From NCBI GenBank assembly GCA_030698625.1, contig JAUYMS010000042.1:160423-224422 (forward strand): a stretch of 64,000 nt of DNA. Reading direction: 5' to 3'. Shown in pieces: positions 20,057 to 29,818 of this stretch (position 1 is the first letter of the stretch; each line of letters opens with the position of its first letter). Below the pieces are notes generated by a model. The model was not told where the DNA came from, did not search any database, and worked only from the letters and a program-made list of their open reading frames with translations. The translations under genes and the position numbers were made by a program. Source of the stretch: Candidatus Omnitrophota bacterium. GTDB taxonomy: Bacteria > Omnitrophota > Omnitrophia > Omnitrophales > Aquincolibacteriaceae.

Positions 20057-21938
20057 ATGATGCATAAAAGCTTTGCTCGGCAGTTCCTGAGATTCTAGTT
20101 CGACTCACAGCCTTTTCCCATTCCCACTCTTCGAGGTCTCCTCGTCACTTCGCTCCTTGCCTTATCCGCTGTTTCCTCTATGCCTGTCGCCTACGCCGAC
20201 TTATTGGGGGATACAAGCGACGAGGACCTTCTAGGTGAACGGAAGAGTGGAAGAGACACTGCCGACGCCACAGATTTAGATGACGCTCGCAAGGCGCACG
20301 AGGAGCTCTTTGCCGAGAATCGTTATCCGTCGGCCGCAACCTGCGCCACTTGTCACGCCAAGCAGTATCGCGAATGGTCGGTTTCTTCACACTCGTATTC
20401 ACAGCTCAGTCCGATCTACATGGCACTCAACAACACGATTAACGTGTTGGCGAGCGGTAGCAACGGCGATTTTTGTTTGCGCTGCCATAGCCAGGTCGGA
20501 GCAAACTTAGGCGAGAATCCCCGCATGTCGAATCTTGAGCGCCACCCGACATCCCGTGAGGGGATTACTTGTACCGTCTGTCACCGTATTAATAAGAAAT
20601 ATGATAAAGTCAGCGGCCGCATCGGCCTTGTTGAGGGCGGCCTGACCGAGCCCATCTATGGTCCTGGTGGCAACAAGATTCTTTCTGAGGTTCTGAGGGA
20701 CCCCAAGTTCAAAGTCGTAACCGATCCGAACCAGCCCGGCCGGAAAATTCACGACGAAGTTAAGTTCTTTGCGCCCATCTCCACATCAACGTTCTGCGGC
20801 TCATGCCATGACGTGACGCTTTTCAATGGCTTCCGTCTGGAAGAGGCCTTCAGTGAATACCGCATGTCCCCCGCGGCGCGGAAGGGCATTAGCTGTCAGG
20901 ATTGCCATATGGGCAAAGTTCAAGGTGTGGTCTCGGGTTATGATTTCGGACCGGCTGCGGTCGTGGGCGGCGTTCCTACCGAATCCAGAAAACTTACAAA
21001 TCATTTTTTTGCCGGTCCCGATTATTCCATCATTCACCCCGGCATCTTTCCTCACAACACCAAAGCTCAGGAGATGGCGACCTTGGAAGAGTGGCTGCGA
21101 TTTGATCACAAGGCCGGCTGGGGTACTGATTCTTTTGAAAATAAAGTCCCGCGCGATTTCAAATTTCCCGACCGCTGGCAGGCCCTTGACGACCGCTATG
21201 ACGCTCGCGCAATCCTCAACGATCAGTTCGAACTCCTGGCATGGGCGCGCGAACGACGGTTAGAGGCCTTGCGCAATGGGTACGGCCTCGGCGAGATCAT
21301 AATCAAGAAAGCGACGTCTTCAGGCATCAAGTTTAAGGTAGAGGTGAAAAACTTGACCAATGGCCACAACGTACCCACCGGGTTCACGGGTGAGCGGCCG
21401 GTTTGGCTTGATGTAACGGTCACCGACAGCGCCGGAACTGTCGTATTTCGGTCGGGCGACCTGGATCCTAACGGAGATTATCGCGACGACCATTCTTCGT
21501 ATGTGCGAACCGGCCGAGTACCTCTCGATACGCATCTATTCACGCTGCAATCGAAGTTTGTGGTCTCCAACATACGCGGGTCAGAGCGCGAACGCGTTAT
21601 CCCTATTCCCTACCCTCTTACGTCCCTTCCGCGCGTGCTGCCCGCACCGCAGTCTTTAGTGATCACGGGCGAGCCGTTTACCGAACGCAATCATCATAAG
21701 GGGATTCAGCCCGATGGTCGCCGCTGGGCGATGTATAAGGTGAAGGCCAAAGCCCTTACCGGGAAAAGTCCTTATAAGGCGAATGTCAAGTTGTGGAATG
21801 CGATGGTGCCGGTCAATCTTGTCGAAGCCATTCAATGGGTCGGGTTTGACTACGGGATGAGCGCCCGCGAAGTCGCCGATAACCTCCCAAAAAGAAATAC
21901 TATGGGAAAAGGATATTGTCATTAATGTCGCCCTGTAA
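20057..21938 (+). CDS. Pentaheme cytochrome c with non-heme C-terminal domain; both ends probably carry lesions (track ORF 20180..21925)
   Basis: Five CxxCH motifs (CATCH, CLRCH, CTVCH, CGSCH, CQDCH). Signal-like stretch in frame upstream of 20180, TAG at 20096, probable extra A at 21889-21893. Confidence 0.85.
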
Positions 21939-23451
21939 AGGACATTCCGCTTATTACAAGGTTCTGTGTTGTTTTATCGCAGCGGCGATGCTTGTTTCCG
22001 TCCCTCTGCCCCGCTTAGGTTGGGCCGGAGGCGAACATGGCGGAATGGAGCACGGCGGAAGTGAATTTAAAGAACTCCATTCTAATTGGTACGACCCCTT
22101 TTACCCGTTGGGGCAGACGAAGGGTGCTAGCCGGCTCTCTGATGTGCCGGTTCCTTTTCAGGGAGTTGACAAGATACCGCCCCGCCCCAAACTCCATTTG
22201 GAACTCGGAGATCCGTTTCTGGATTCCGGTAATCTCTTCCCGGGTTTTGAATTACCTACGGGAGCCGTTTGGCAGCCGCGTCTTTGGAGTTACATGATTT
22301 ACCGTACCGCCCTACACTCTTTCGAGGTCAACGCGGATAGCCGGACATCGGAATGGGTCCATCGCTTGGACACGTATACTTCCTTGCAGCTGACGGGAAC
22401 CGAAAGAATTTTGGTTTCATTCCGCCCACTCGATAAGAACCGCTTTGATCAGTTTACGCGCTTTGATCTCGAAGATCCCAATAATGACGAGGGCTTCCGC
22501 CAGGAATTCAACTTGAATTTGCGTGCCCTTTTCATGGAAGGTGATATGGGTAGTCTCTTTCCCTTTTTAGATCCCGAGGGCATGCGGCCCATGGATTTCG
22601 GCTTTTCTGTCGGCCGTCAGAACCTCAACTTTCAAGATGGCATTATGCTCAATGACGACATGGATGCCTTGGCAATCGTGCGTAACAATATACGTATTCC
22701 CGCCATCGGTATCTCCAATTTGCGCATAACCGGTATGTGGGCCTGGAAAGGCAATGACCGCGGCGGCGGCATCACACCGCCAAACCGCCGTAGTCCGGAA
22801 GCCGATGTCTTTGGTTTATTCAATTCAGCTGATTTCCACAAGAGCACTATTAACATCGACGGTATCTTCATTTCGGATAATAAGACCAACGGCGGTGATG
22901 CCTTCTATACCGGGGTCTCGTCAATTCAGCGCATGGGTGCCTTCAATACAACGTTCCGCTGGCTGGGATCATATGCCGAAGATTCTACGACGCCGCAGAC
23001 AGGCTCGGGCCAGCTGCTGACGGGAGAAATATCCTGGACTCCGCATTCTTCAGACGACGTTGTCTATTTCAACCCCTTCATAGCCTTTGGCAATTACACG
23101 CAGGCAGGCCGCGAACCTATTCTTGGCGGTCCCCTAGCCCCACTCGGCATTCTCTTTGCATCACCGAATCTCGGCGATTATCGCGGCGAGATCGGCGGGG
23201 CCGCTCAAGATGTCTTTGGCGCGGCAACTGGTTATCAGGCCTTCTGGAATGATCACCACACCAACCTTGTCTTGGAGACCTCTTTCCGCAAGGATTATGG
23301 CGGACGCGGCACAGGCGTTTGGGGCGCTGGTTTTCAGTTGCAGCAGAAATTAGGTCAGCATGTCCAACTTCAGTTTGAAGCCTTCGCCTCTCTGCAAGAA
23401 AACCGCAAACGCGGTTACGGGGGACGTTCGGAAATTCTACTTGTATTCTAG
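21925..23451 (+). CDS. Putative outer-membrane beta-barrel protein
   Basis: Signal peptide, alternating amphipathic strands, C-terminal Phe (GGRSEILLVF); lies between two multiheme cytochrome genes. Confidence 0.7.
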   Translation: MSPCKGHSAYYKVLCCFIAAAMLVSVPLPRLGWAGGEHGGMEHGGSEFKELHSNWYDPFYPLGQTKGASRLSDVPVPFQGVDKIPPRPKLHLELGDPFLDSGNLFPGFELPTGAVWQPRLWSYMIYRTALHSFEVNADSRTSEWVHRLDTYTSLQLTGTERILVSFRPLDKNRFDQFTRFDLEDPNNDEGFRQEFNLNLRALFMEGDMGSLFPFLDPEGMRPMDFGFSVGRQNLNFQDGIMLNDDMDALAIVRNNIRIPAIGISNLRITGMWAWKGNDRGGGITPPNRRSPEADVFGLFNSADFHKSTINIDGIFISDNKTNGGDAFYTGVSSIQRMGAFNTTFRWLGSYAEDSTTPQTGSGQLLTGEISWTPHSSDDVVYFNPFIAFGNYTQAGREPILGGPLAPLGILFASPNLGDYRGEIGGAAQDVFGAATGYQAFWNDHHTNLVLETSFRKDYGGRGTGVWGAGFQLQQKLGQHVQLQFEAFASLQENRKRGYGGRSEILLVF

Positions 23452-23503
23452 ACAGCCCATACCGTATTGCTATTTCATATCAGTCAAACGAAAGGATAAT
23501 CAT

Positions 23504-24511
23504 ATGCGTCTCTTTACCGCACTGTTATCTGCCATAATATTTTTTGCGAGTCCTGCGACAGCCGCGCAGATGTGGGATCCCATCGCCGATAACGAAAAAA
23601 TTACCGGCCCGGAATCCTGTGCGGAATGTCATGCAGACACCTTTCGAGTCTGGGAAGGGATGCATCACGCCACCACGTTTCGGGATATGCCTCGAAGTGA
23701 CGCGGCCCGTGAAATAGCCGATAAATTGGGCATTCAACGCATCAAAACCGAGCCCTTGTGTCTCAGCTGCCATTTTACGACGATGCTAACGGATACGGGA
23801 AAATCTAAGCCCGTGTCGGGTATTTCCTGTGAATCTTGTCACGGGGCCGGAAAGGATTGGATCAACGTCCACAGTGACTATGGCCCGGGAGCCGATAAGG
23901 ACACAGAGTCTGCTGATCACCGCGCCAAGCGACTTGCCGATTCCGAAGCCGCGGGTATGATTCGTCCGAGAAATCTGCACGCCTGGGCCTCCAATTGCTA
24001 CAACTGTCATACCGTGCCCGACGAAAAACTCGTAAACATGGGGGGACACCCCGCCGGAAGTAAGTTTGAACTTGTGTCCTGGTCTCAGGGAGAAGTGCGC
24101 CATAATGTCTGGTTTTCCGGCGGTGTGGACAATGTAATGGCTACACCCGAACGCAAACGCGTCATGTACGTTACCGGTCAGGCCCTCGACCTCGCATATG
24201 CCCTGCGCGGTCTTTCTAAAGCCACCGAAGGCGCCACCTATGCAATCACCATGGCGAAGAGGGCCAAGGCGGCAATGATCCGTCTCGGACAAATTGATGA
24301 AGCCCTTACCATTCCCGAAGTAAAAGAAATCCTTAAAGTTGCCGACGCCGTCAAGCTCGATCTCAATAATGAGGCTCAGTTGTCCGGCGCCGCTGACGAC
24401 GTTGCAAACCAGGCATTAAAATTTACTGAGGCCCATGACGGAAGTGCGCTTGCCGCATTGGACTCCCTCATTCCTTCGCCGGACGCCTTCCGCGGAACTC
24501 CCGCTGCCTAA
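23504..24511 (+). CDS. Tetraheme cytochrome c (c554-like)
   Basis: AAAGGA RBS before ATG 23504; signal peptide; CAECH, CLSCH, CESCH, CYNCH. Confidence 0.9.
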   Translation: MRLFTALLSAIIFFASPATAAQMWDPIADNEKITGPESCAECHADTFRVWEGMHHATTFRDMPRSDAAREIADKLGIQRIKTEPLCLSCHFTTMLTDTGKSKPVSGISCESCHGAGKDWINVHSDYGPGADKDTESADHRAKRLADSEAAGMIRPRNLHAWASNCYNCHTVPDEKLVNMGGHPAGSKFELVSWSQGEVRHNVWFSGGVDNVMATPERKRVMYVTGQALDLAYALRGLSKATEGATYAITMAKRAKAAMIRLGQIDEALTIPEVKEILKVADAVKLDLNNEAQLSGAADDVANQALKFTEAHDGSALAALDSLIPSPDAFRGTPAA

Positions 24512-24520
24512 ATAATTCCT

Positions 24521-24556
24521 CGCAGGAGGTGTTGAAAATTCGCAACATTTTCTGCG
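24521..24556 (+). terminator. 14-bp stem-loop after the cytochrome operon (terminator or 3' stabiliser)
   Basis: CGCAGGAGGTGTTG / CAACATTTTCTGCG with three G:U pairs that form only on the + strand transcript; no clean U tract. Confidence 0.45.
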
Positions 24557-24659
24557 CGAGTGTACATTTATTTCGTCATTCCATTTCTTCCGAGATATTT
24601 TTTCAAGCCGCCCGCAATAGTATTGTATTCCGGTCTTTTTCCCATATACTTAGCGATCG

Positions 24660-25856
24660 ATGGAAAATAAATTCTCCCATATTGAAAAGAGGAAATACCG
24701 ACGCAAGCCGACATCCGTGGCTGTCCGTTCCCTAAAAGAGGCGAAACGCGGCCTTTGGAAGCGCGCAAAGGCACTTGATCTTTCAGATACCGGCATACGC
24801 ATTTCCCTGCGCGAAGCGCCCGCTAAGGGAAGCCGCGTGCACCTCTCGCTCAAGTCAGAGCAAGGCAGCCGCCGCAGGCGTGTGGACGGGAAGGTTGTGT
24901 GGAAAAAGGGGCTGGAATGCGGCATACAATTTGAAAACCTTCGAGGAACTCCGAACAACGAGAAGTTGCTATTCTACATGGGCGACCGCATGTGTGAGTT
25001 TGTCGTCAAGTCAGCAGGATCCAATCTTGTCGCGCTGCCCGTTACAACGCTCACGGAGCACAAGGCCGCGTATCGGTTGATGTATCGAGAGTATCTGGCG
25101 CGGGGCTACTGCGCTAAACACGCGTCGAAGATGTACTATACTTCATACAGCTTGCTTCCCACTTCACGCACTTTTATTCTGAAGCAGCAAAAGCATCTCA
25201 TTGGGACGTTGTCCCTCTTTGTGGATTCACCCTGTGGACTTCCCATGGACCACACGGCCCCCGAAGTGACCGGCCAGCTACGCTTTCAGGGGCGACGCGT
25301 TGCAGAGGCAAGCCTCCTTGCCCTTGACCCAAACGCCTTTCGTGAGGGCACTCCCCCGCTTACCTACGCGCATCGCCTCGCGGGTTCCTTCTGGCTGTTC
25401 AAGACTTTGCTGGATTATGCGCGCCAAATCGCCGACGTTACGGATCTCGTCGTAACGGTGCACCCTAACCATGAGCACCTTTACCGCAACCTGGCATTCA
25501 AATCCATAAAACCCGCGACACCCTACGTCTTTGCCCGCGGCCATTTGGGGCTCCCGATGCATTTGGATGTGCGAGAGCTCGAGGCCCATCTTCCCGTCGG
25601 CACATGTTTTAAAAAATTCTTTTTCGACAATCTCCTGCCGTTAGATCAGCTAGCGAAGACTTACCGCTGGACGCCGGTTGCACTAAGTGACTTTATCAAC
25701 AAGCGGCAGGCAGAATGGCCCCAGATGATGCAGGGGGCCGTAGAATGGCTTAAGAGACGTTACCCGCTCGTGGCAGCCAGGACACGGCAAAAGAGCCACA
25801 AGACATCTGGTCTAAATGACAAAGGAGAGCCGCAGCTCTCCTTTGTCGGTATCTGA
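24660..25856 (+). CDS. PilZ domain fused to an N-acyl amino acid synthase (FeeM-like, GNAT fold)
   Basis: RKYRR and DLSDTG PilZ motifs; AAYRLMYREYLARGY, GTLSLFVDSPCGLP, VAEASLLA, VHPNHEHLY. Confidence 0.8.
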   Translation: MENKFSHIEKRKYRRKPTSVAVRSLKEAKRGLWKRAKALDLSDTGIRISLREAPAKGSRVHLSLKSEQGSRRRRVDGKVVWKKGLECGIQFENLRGTPNNEKLLFYMGDRMCEFVVKSAGSNLVALPVTTLTEHKAAYRLMYREYLARGYCAKHASKMYYTSYSLLPTSRTFILKQQKHLIGTLSLFVDSPCGLPMDHTAPEVTGQLRFQGRRVAEASLLALDPNAFREGTPPLTYAHRLAGSFWLFKTLLDYARQIADVTDLVVTVHPNHEHLYRNLAFKSIKPATPYVFARGHLGLPMHLDVRELEAHLPVGTCFKKFFFDNLLPLDQLAKTYRWTPVALSDFINKRQAEWPQMMQGAVEWLKRRYPLVAARTRQKSHKTSGLNDKGEPQLSFVGI

Positions 25857-25882
25857 TTTTTTAAACGGTCGCGGTTGCTCTA

Positions 25883-26221
25883 TTAAAGATCGACTCCGTT
25901 ATTGGGAATCGGAACATCAAGCGGAATAGGAAAAGTCACTACATGAACAGCTCCCAATGCCGTATAAACGATGGCATTCCAAAGCCCTTCGCCAAACCCT
26001 TCTATCTGAGGCCGATCTTCAGCCGCAGCGGCTGTCGTCTGGGTAAATATCTCGGACCATCCGAAAACCACATTCTTTAAGCCGAACTGCAGCTTGCTCA
26101 CTGATTTCGCATAATAGTCTGCCTCTTCAGTCCACGGGCTCGCTGCCATAGCCGGAACCTGGACCGCAAGGCAAGCCACAAACACCACCAACGTAATAGC
26201 AAAAATCTTTTTCACTGACAC
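25883..26221 (-). CDS. Small secreted/membrane protein, TIGR04073 (exosortase-associated)-like
   Basis: Signal peptide; KLQFGLKNVVFGWSEI, G-rich helix, VVTFPIP; GGGAGG before GTG. Confidence 0.65.
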   Translation of the reverse strand: MSVKKIFAITLVVFVACLAVQVPAMAASPWTEEADYYAKSVSKLQFGLKNVVFGWSEIFTQTTAAAAEDRPQIEGFGEGLWNAIVYTALGAVHVVTFPIPLDVPIPNNGVDL

Positions 26222-26300
26222 ACCCTCCCTTGGTAAATTTAAGTACCTGCATTAGGTATCGGACACTCACTGAGAACCTTTACGACGAACAGGCGAGTAC

Positions 26301-26696
26301 TCAGGCATTACATAGGTGGGAGTAAACCTTTGGTTTGATGAAGTAGCCCATTTTGTACGGTGTGTCGAGTCTCAGGAGCTTTGGGCTGTCTTCAGACATC
26401 TCCAGAATCATGCTTTCCTCTTTGCCGCAGTCCATGGAAATCAGATAATCCATGGTTGCAAAAGCATCTGCTGCCTCTCGCGTTGACTTTTTTGCCGTAC
26501 GATACCGAAAGCGGAGAATATCGCCTTCGCGTTCTACGCTATCCGTATCCACATAATAATCCGACCAGGCCAGAAATGCGTTTTCACCACCCACATTGAG
26601 CCACCGCTCCGCCGCAGCAAACGGATTTGTGGCAAACAAAAGACACAGAACCGCGAAAAACAGGCGGCTTGCTCTATAAAGCAAATGAGAACACAT
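26301..26696 (-). CDS. Hypothetical secreted protein (surface-adhesin-E-like pattern)
   Basis: Signal peptide, W...YYVDTDSV, MDC and a terminal C; start uncertain. Confidence 0.55.
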   Translation of the reverse strand: MCSHLLYRASRLFFAVLCLLFATNPFAAAERWLNVGGENAFLAWSDYYVDTDSVEREGDILRFRYRTAKKSTREAADAFATMDYLISMDCGKEESMILEMSEDSPKLLRLDTPYKMGYFIKPKVYSHLCNA

Positions 26697-27336
26697 AAGT
26701 ATGTCTGTCGGGTTTGACCTTGAGCAATTCATAAGTAAAACAATTAATCCGACTAGCCTTCCCCCTGATCGCGCGCACAGGTATATTTCGTAGGAACCAA
26801 ATTTCTTGGGCTTGCAATTTCTCTACGCGTTTTGCGCTCTTGCGCATAGCTATTTCAAGGCTTGTTTGAGTCGCGAGATCGGCGTTTACGTAGATAATTA
26901 AAAAAAGGCCGCTGTAATCCTGGGTGATCCTTTCCAACGCTACTTTCATCACTTGAGCAAGTTCTAAGGAGTCACGCTGAATCTGTCTCTGCGATTTTCT
27001 GCCGAGGACCCGTGCGGCACCCGTCGTCTCATGCCGCCGCCGCCTTCTTATGGCGCGGCTGATATAAATACCCTTGATCTGCAGTTTCTTCAGTCGTCCG
27101 TTATCACTTGCTACAACAATATCAATGCCTCGGGCATCCTCCGCATGGTGGATTTTCTCGTAATCGGCCGGAAGCTTAAAGTTAGTGCCGAATTCCTGAT
27201 TTCGAAAGCTGGTGAAAATAGCGGCAGCAATGACCTCATCCCGTCTTTTTTCCGACATTTTAAGCGCGAGAGACGACTTGCCATAAATCGTGCCCAGAAC
27301 ATGCTCAGGGGACATAAAACCTACGCTTTTGGCCAT
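26674..27336 (-). CDS. Hypothetical basic protein with PD-(D/E)xK-like motif
   Basis: RDEVIAA, GIDIVV, LQIK; start MAKSVGF at 27336. Confidence 0.6.
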   Translation of the reverse strand: MAKSVGFMSPEHVLGTIYGKSSLALKMSEKRRDEVIAAAIFTSFRNQEFGTNFKLPADYEKIHHAEDARGIDIVVASDNGRLKKLQIKGIYISRAIRRRRRHETTGAARVLGRKSQRQIQRDSLELAQVMKVALERITQDYSGLFLIIYVNADLATQTSLEIAMRKSAKRVEKLQAQEIWFLRNIPVRAIRGKASRINCFTYELLKVKPDRHTYVFSFAL

Positions 27337-27665
27337 AGCCGTTTCAACCCTTCGCAGTACGAATAGCTCTTTTCCGTTCGCCACTTCTTCGGAAAATCCA
27401 GGCACTGTTGCGGCTTTGCGGAATGAACCGTACAGCCATTTACAGCAAGAAAGACACAAGACTCATCTTCCCTCTTCTTCAGGACAAGCCGGTGCCGTCC
27501 CTGGAGGTCGCAGTAGTCTTCTGTGAATGCATACGGGGTAAGACCAAAAAAGTCGGCAAGCCTGTCTACGTCTTCATCGGTGAGCGCCACCCGGCCGGGC
27601 TGCTGACAGCATCGATTACAACGTTGGCATTCAAACGCTTCAAGCTTAAAAGCCGTGGCGCTCAT
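27321..27665 (-). CDS. YkgJ family cysteine-cluster protein
   Basis: CQRCNRCC, CVFL, CTVH..KPQQC..FP, C.G. Confidence 0.9.
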   Translation of the reverse strand: MSATAFKLEAFECQRCNRCCQQPGRVALTDEDVDRLADFFGLTPYAFTEDYCDLQGRHRLVLKKREDESCVFLAVNGCTVHSAKPQQCLDFPKKWRTEKSYSYCEGLKRLWPKA

Positions 27666-27677
27666 GGGGCCCGAGTC

Positions 27678-28355
27678 TTATCTGTCATCCCTACTGTAAT
27701 CGCGGGACGCACCAGACAGCGGCGACTGAAAGTCTTCGGGGGTGGGGCCGCCTTCATTCTCCTGTGCAGCGTCTGCCCTACTTTTATTACGCTCGATTAC
27801 GGATGACTGGCCGGGTGCGGAAACATAGCCAAGCTGTGGTGAGTGAAGCTCCCGGGCCGTATTTTTTGATCCGATCGGCGAGATCGCCTTTATATCCCGC
27901 TGTCGAACGGGCTGAGTATTAACGCTTGGCGTCTTATAAACTTCGCGCAAGCGGCTTGCAAGACCCATAACACCGGCCTGTGCCGATGCGTCTTGAGCAG
28001 CAACCGCCTGTGGACCGTAAGAACGAATCGGCGTCGCGGTCCGGCCTTGAAATTCGTTGTAGCCGGAAGGACGCGTTATCCCTTCCGAGGGCGCACCAGC
28101 TCCCCGCTCACCAGGCTCACCGGTAAGCTGAGGAACGGTCACAATATCCGACTCGGCCCCCGCGCTGTCTTCGATAATGCCCTTAACGCTTTGCCCACCA
28201 AGTCTGCGAGCCGCCTGGTTGTCCGCAGAGTCACCCGCTGAGCTATCTGAGGGTTTGTCCCAAGGCAGGGTCTTCCCGTCTGAAAATACGTTGCCGGCAG
28301 GAAATAGAAAGAATGCCGCGATTAATGCGCCACTAAGAAATACATTACGATTCAT
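27678..28355 (-). CDS. Hypothetical secreted low-complexity protein
   Basis: Signal peptide; Ser/Gly/Pro/Ala-rich, probably disordered. Confidence 0.6.
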   Translation of the reverse strand: MNRNVFLSGALIAAFFLFPAGNVFSDGKTLPWDKPSDSSAGDSADNQAARRLGGQSVKGIIEDSAGAESDIVTVPQLTGEPGERGAGAPSEGITRPSGYNEFQGRTATPIRSYGPQAVAAQDASAQAGVMGLASRLREVYKTPSVNTQPVRQRDIKAISPIGSKNTARELHSPQLGYVSAPGQSSVIERNKSRADAAQENEGGPTPEDFQSPLSGASRDYSRDDR

Positions 28356-28427
28356 AGCTCACCCTCTTCCACAAGTTGTTATTATTATACACCTTACGAC
28401 CAAATAAGACCAGCGGCTTGGGTTGGC

Positions 28428-29447
28428 CTAGGTTTTAAGTACGATGCGATAGCGCGCCTTATTCTGAGCAACTTTTTCGAAAGCTTGATTCACATCCTTA
28501 AGGGCCACGACCTCTACTTCCGCCTCTATAGAGTGGCGTGCCGAAAACTCCAGCATCTCACGAATTCTCGTCCTGCTTCCAATCATGCTCCCGCATATTG
28601 TTTTCTGCCCAAGGACAAGCGGCAGCGCGGAAATACTCATTGGCTCCGGCGGAACCCCAACAATACAGAGTGACCCAAGCGGACGTTACGCGACGAGATA
28701 ACTCTGCCAGTCCAAACTGACATTGACCGTAGAAATAATGAAATCCAGTGATCCCTTCGCCGATTCCATCTGTTTCGCATCCCTGCTCAAAATAAATCGA
28801 TGAGCACCTAGCCTCTTCACTTCTGCTTCTTTAGAAGCGGACGAAGAGAAGGCTGTCACTTCACATCCGAAAGCACGCGCGTACTTAACAGCGAGGTGCC
28901 CGAGGCCGCCAATGCCCACAACACCGACCTTCATATTGGATGTTACATGATACTGACGCAGCGGAGAAAAAACCGTGATGCCTCCGCATAATAGCGGCGC
29001 CGCCCCTTCCGAGGACAGATTATCCGGTATTGCAAAGGCAAAACGGCTGTCTAATCGAATTCGATCGGCATACCCCCCGAATCGCCCGACACAGGTCGCC
29101 TGATTCTGTGAGCACAATTGTTCTTCGCCCCGGTCGCAATACTCGCAAGACCAGCAAGATCCGCACTGCCAGCCGACACCAACACGCTGGCCGTCTTCAA
29201 ACTGATTCACTTCCGGCCCCCTCTGGGCGATTGTCCCTACGACTTCATGGCCCGGCACCAAAGGATAGGTGCTGAAACCCCAATCGTTCTTTACCAGGTG
29301 CAAATCGCTATGGCATATGCCGCAATGGGTAATCGCGATTTCAATATCCCATGATCCCAAAACACCCGGTTCATAATCAAATTTACTGAGCGAAGCTCTT
29401 TGTTCTAAGGCAGCATAAGCATGAATCTGTGTCGCAGTCTTTTGCAT
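28428..29447 (-). pseudogene. Zn-dependent NAD(P) alcohol dehydrogenase/aldehyde reductase (Ahr/YjgB-like) with one in-frame TAA
   Basis: CGICHSD, PGHE, CxxCxxC, GIGGLG; reads YLVA*RPLGSLCIVG and continues in the same frame to YRIVLKT; TAA at 28686-28688. Confidence 0.9.
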
Positions 29448-29451
29448 AGGA

Positions 29452-29736
29452 TTACCAGTATCTTCTCAGTTGAGCACTCGTTAGCATGCAGTATAAAAGA
29501 TAGGGAACCGTTCCAACGTCTAAGATGAGCGGTACCCAGAAAAAAGCTAATACCCCTTCTAAAGGGCAAACGAAAAGCGCTACAAGCCCCATAAGTCCGC
29601 CCATCAGCGGTGCAAAGGTCAAGCCGATCCCGCGCTTGAGTGCCACTTCCCTCCAAACAACCCAAGCATTAAAGAGAGAGAAGATCAGAAACGCGGAAGC
29701 CAGCGCCCCACATAAAAGCCAGCGTAGAATAATCAC
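29452..29736 (-). CDS. Small hypothetical membrane protein
   Basis: About three hydrophobic segments; operon spacing. Confidence 0.6.
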   Translation of the reverse strand: MIILRWLLCGALASAFLIFSLFNAWVVWREVALKRGIGLTFAPLMGGLMGLVALFVCPLEGVLAFFWVPLILDVGTVPYLLYCMLTSAQLRRYW

Positions 29737-29818
29737 AGTACCACATTCCTTTTCAATACCATGAGCGTCACGTCATCGACAAATACCGCTTCGCAGAGTT
29801 CTCCCCGCATAGAAGTCT

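Noticed and set aside
20096-28688. Stop-codon reassignment suggested by in-frame TAG (20096) and TAA (28686)
   Set aside because: Two different stop codons, one case each; TAA, TAG and TGA all end clearly intact genes elsewhere in the window.
29745-29811. Minus-strand reading VDDVTLMVLK resembling the C-terminus of a PP2C/SpoIIE phosphatase
   Set aside because: Only about ten residues; could be a relic or chance.
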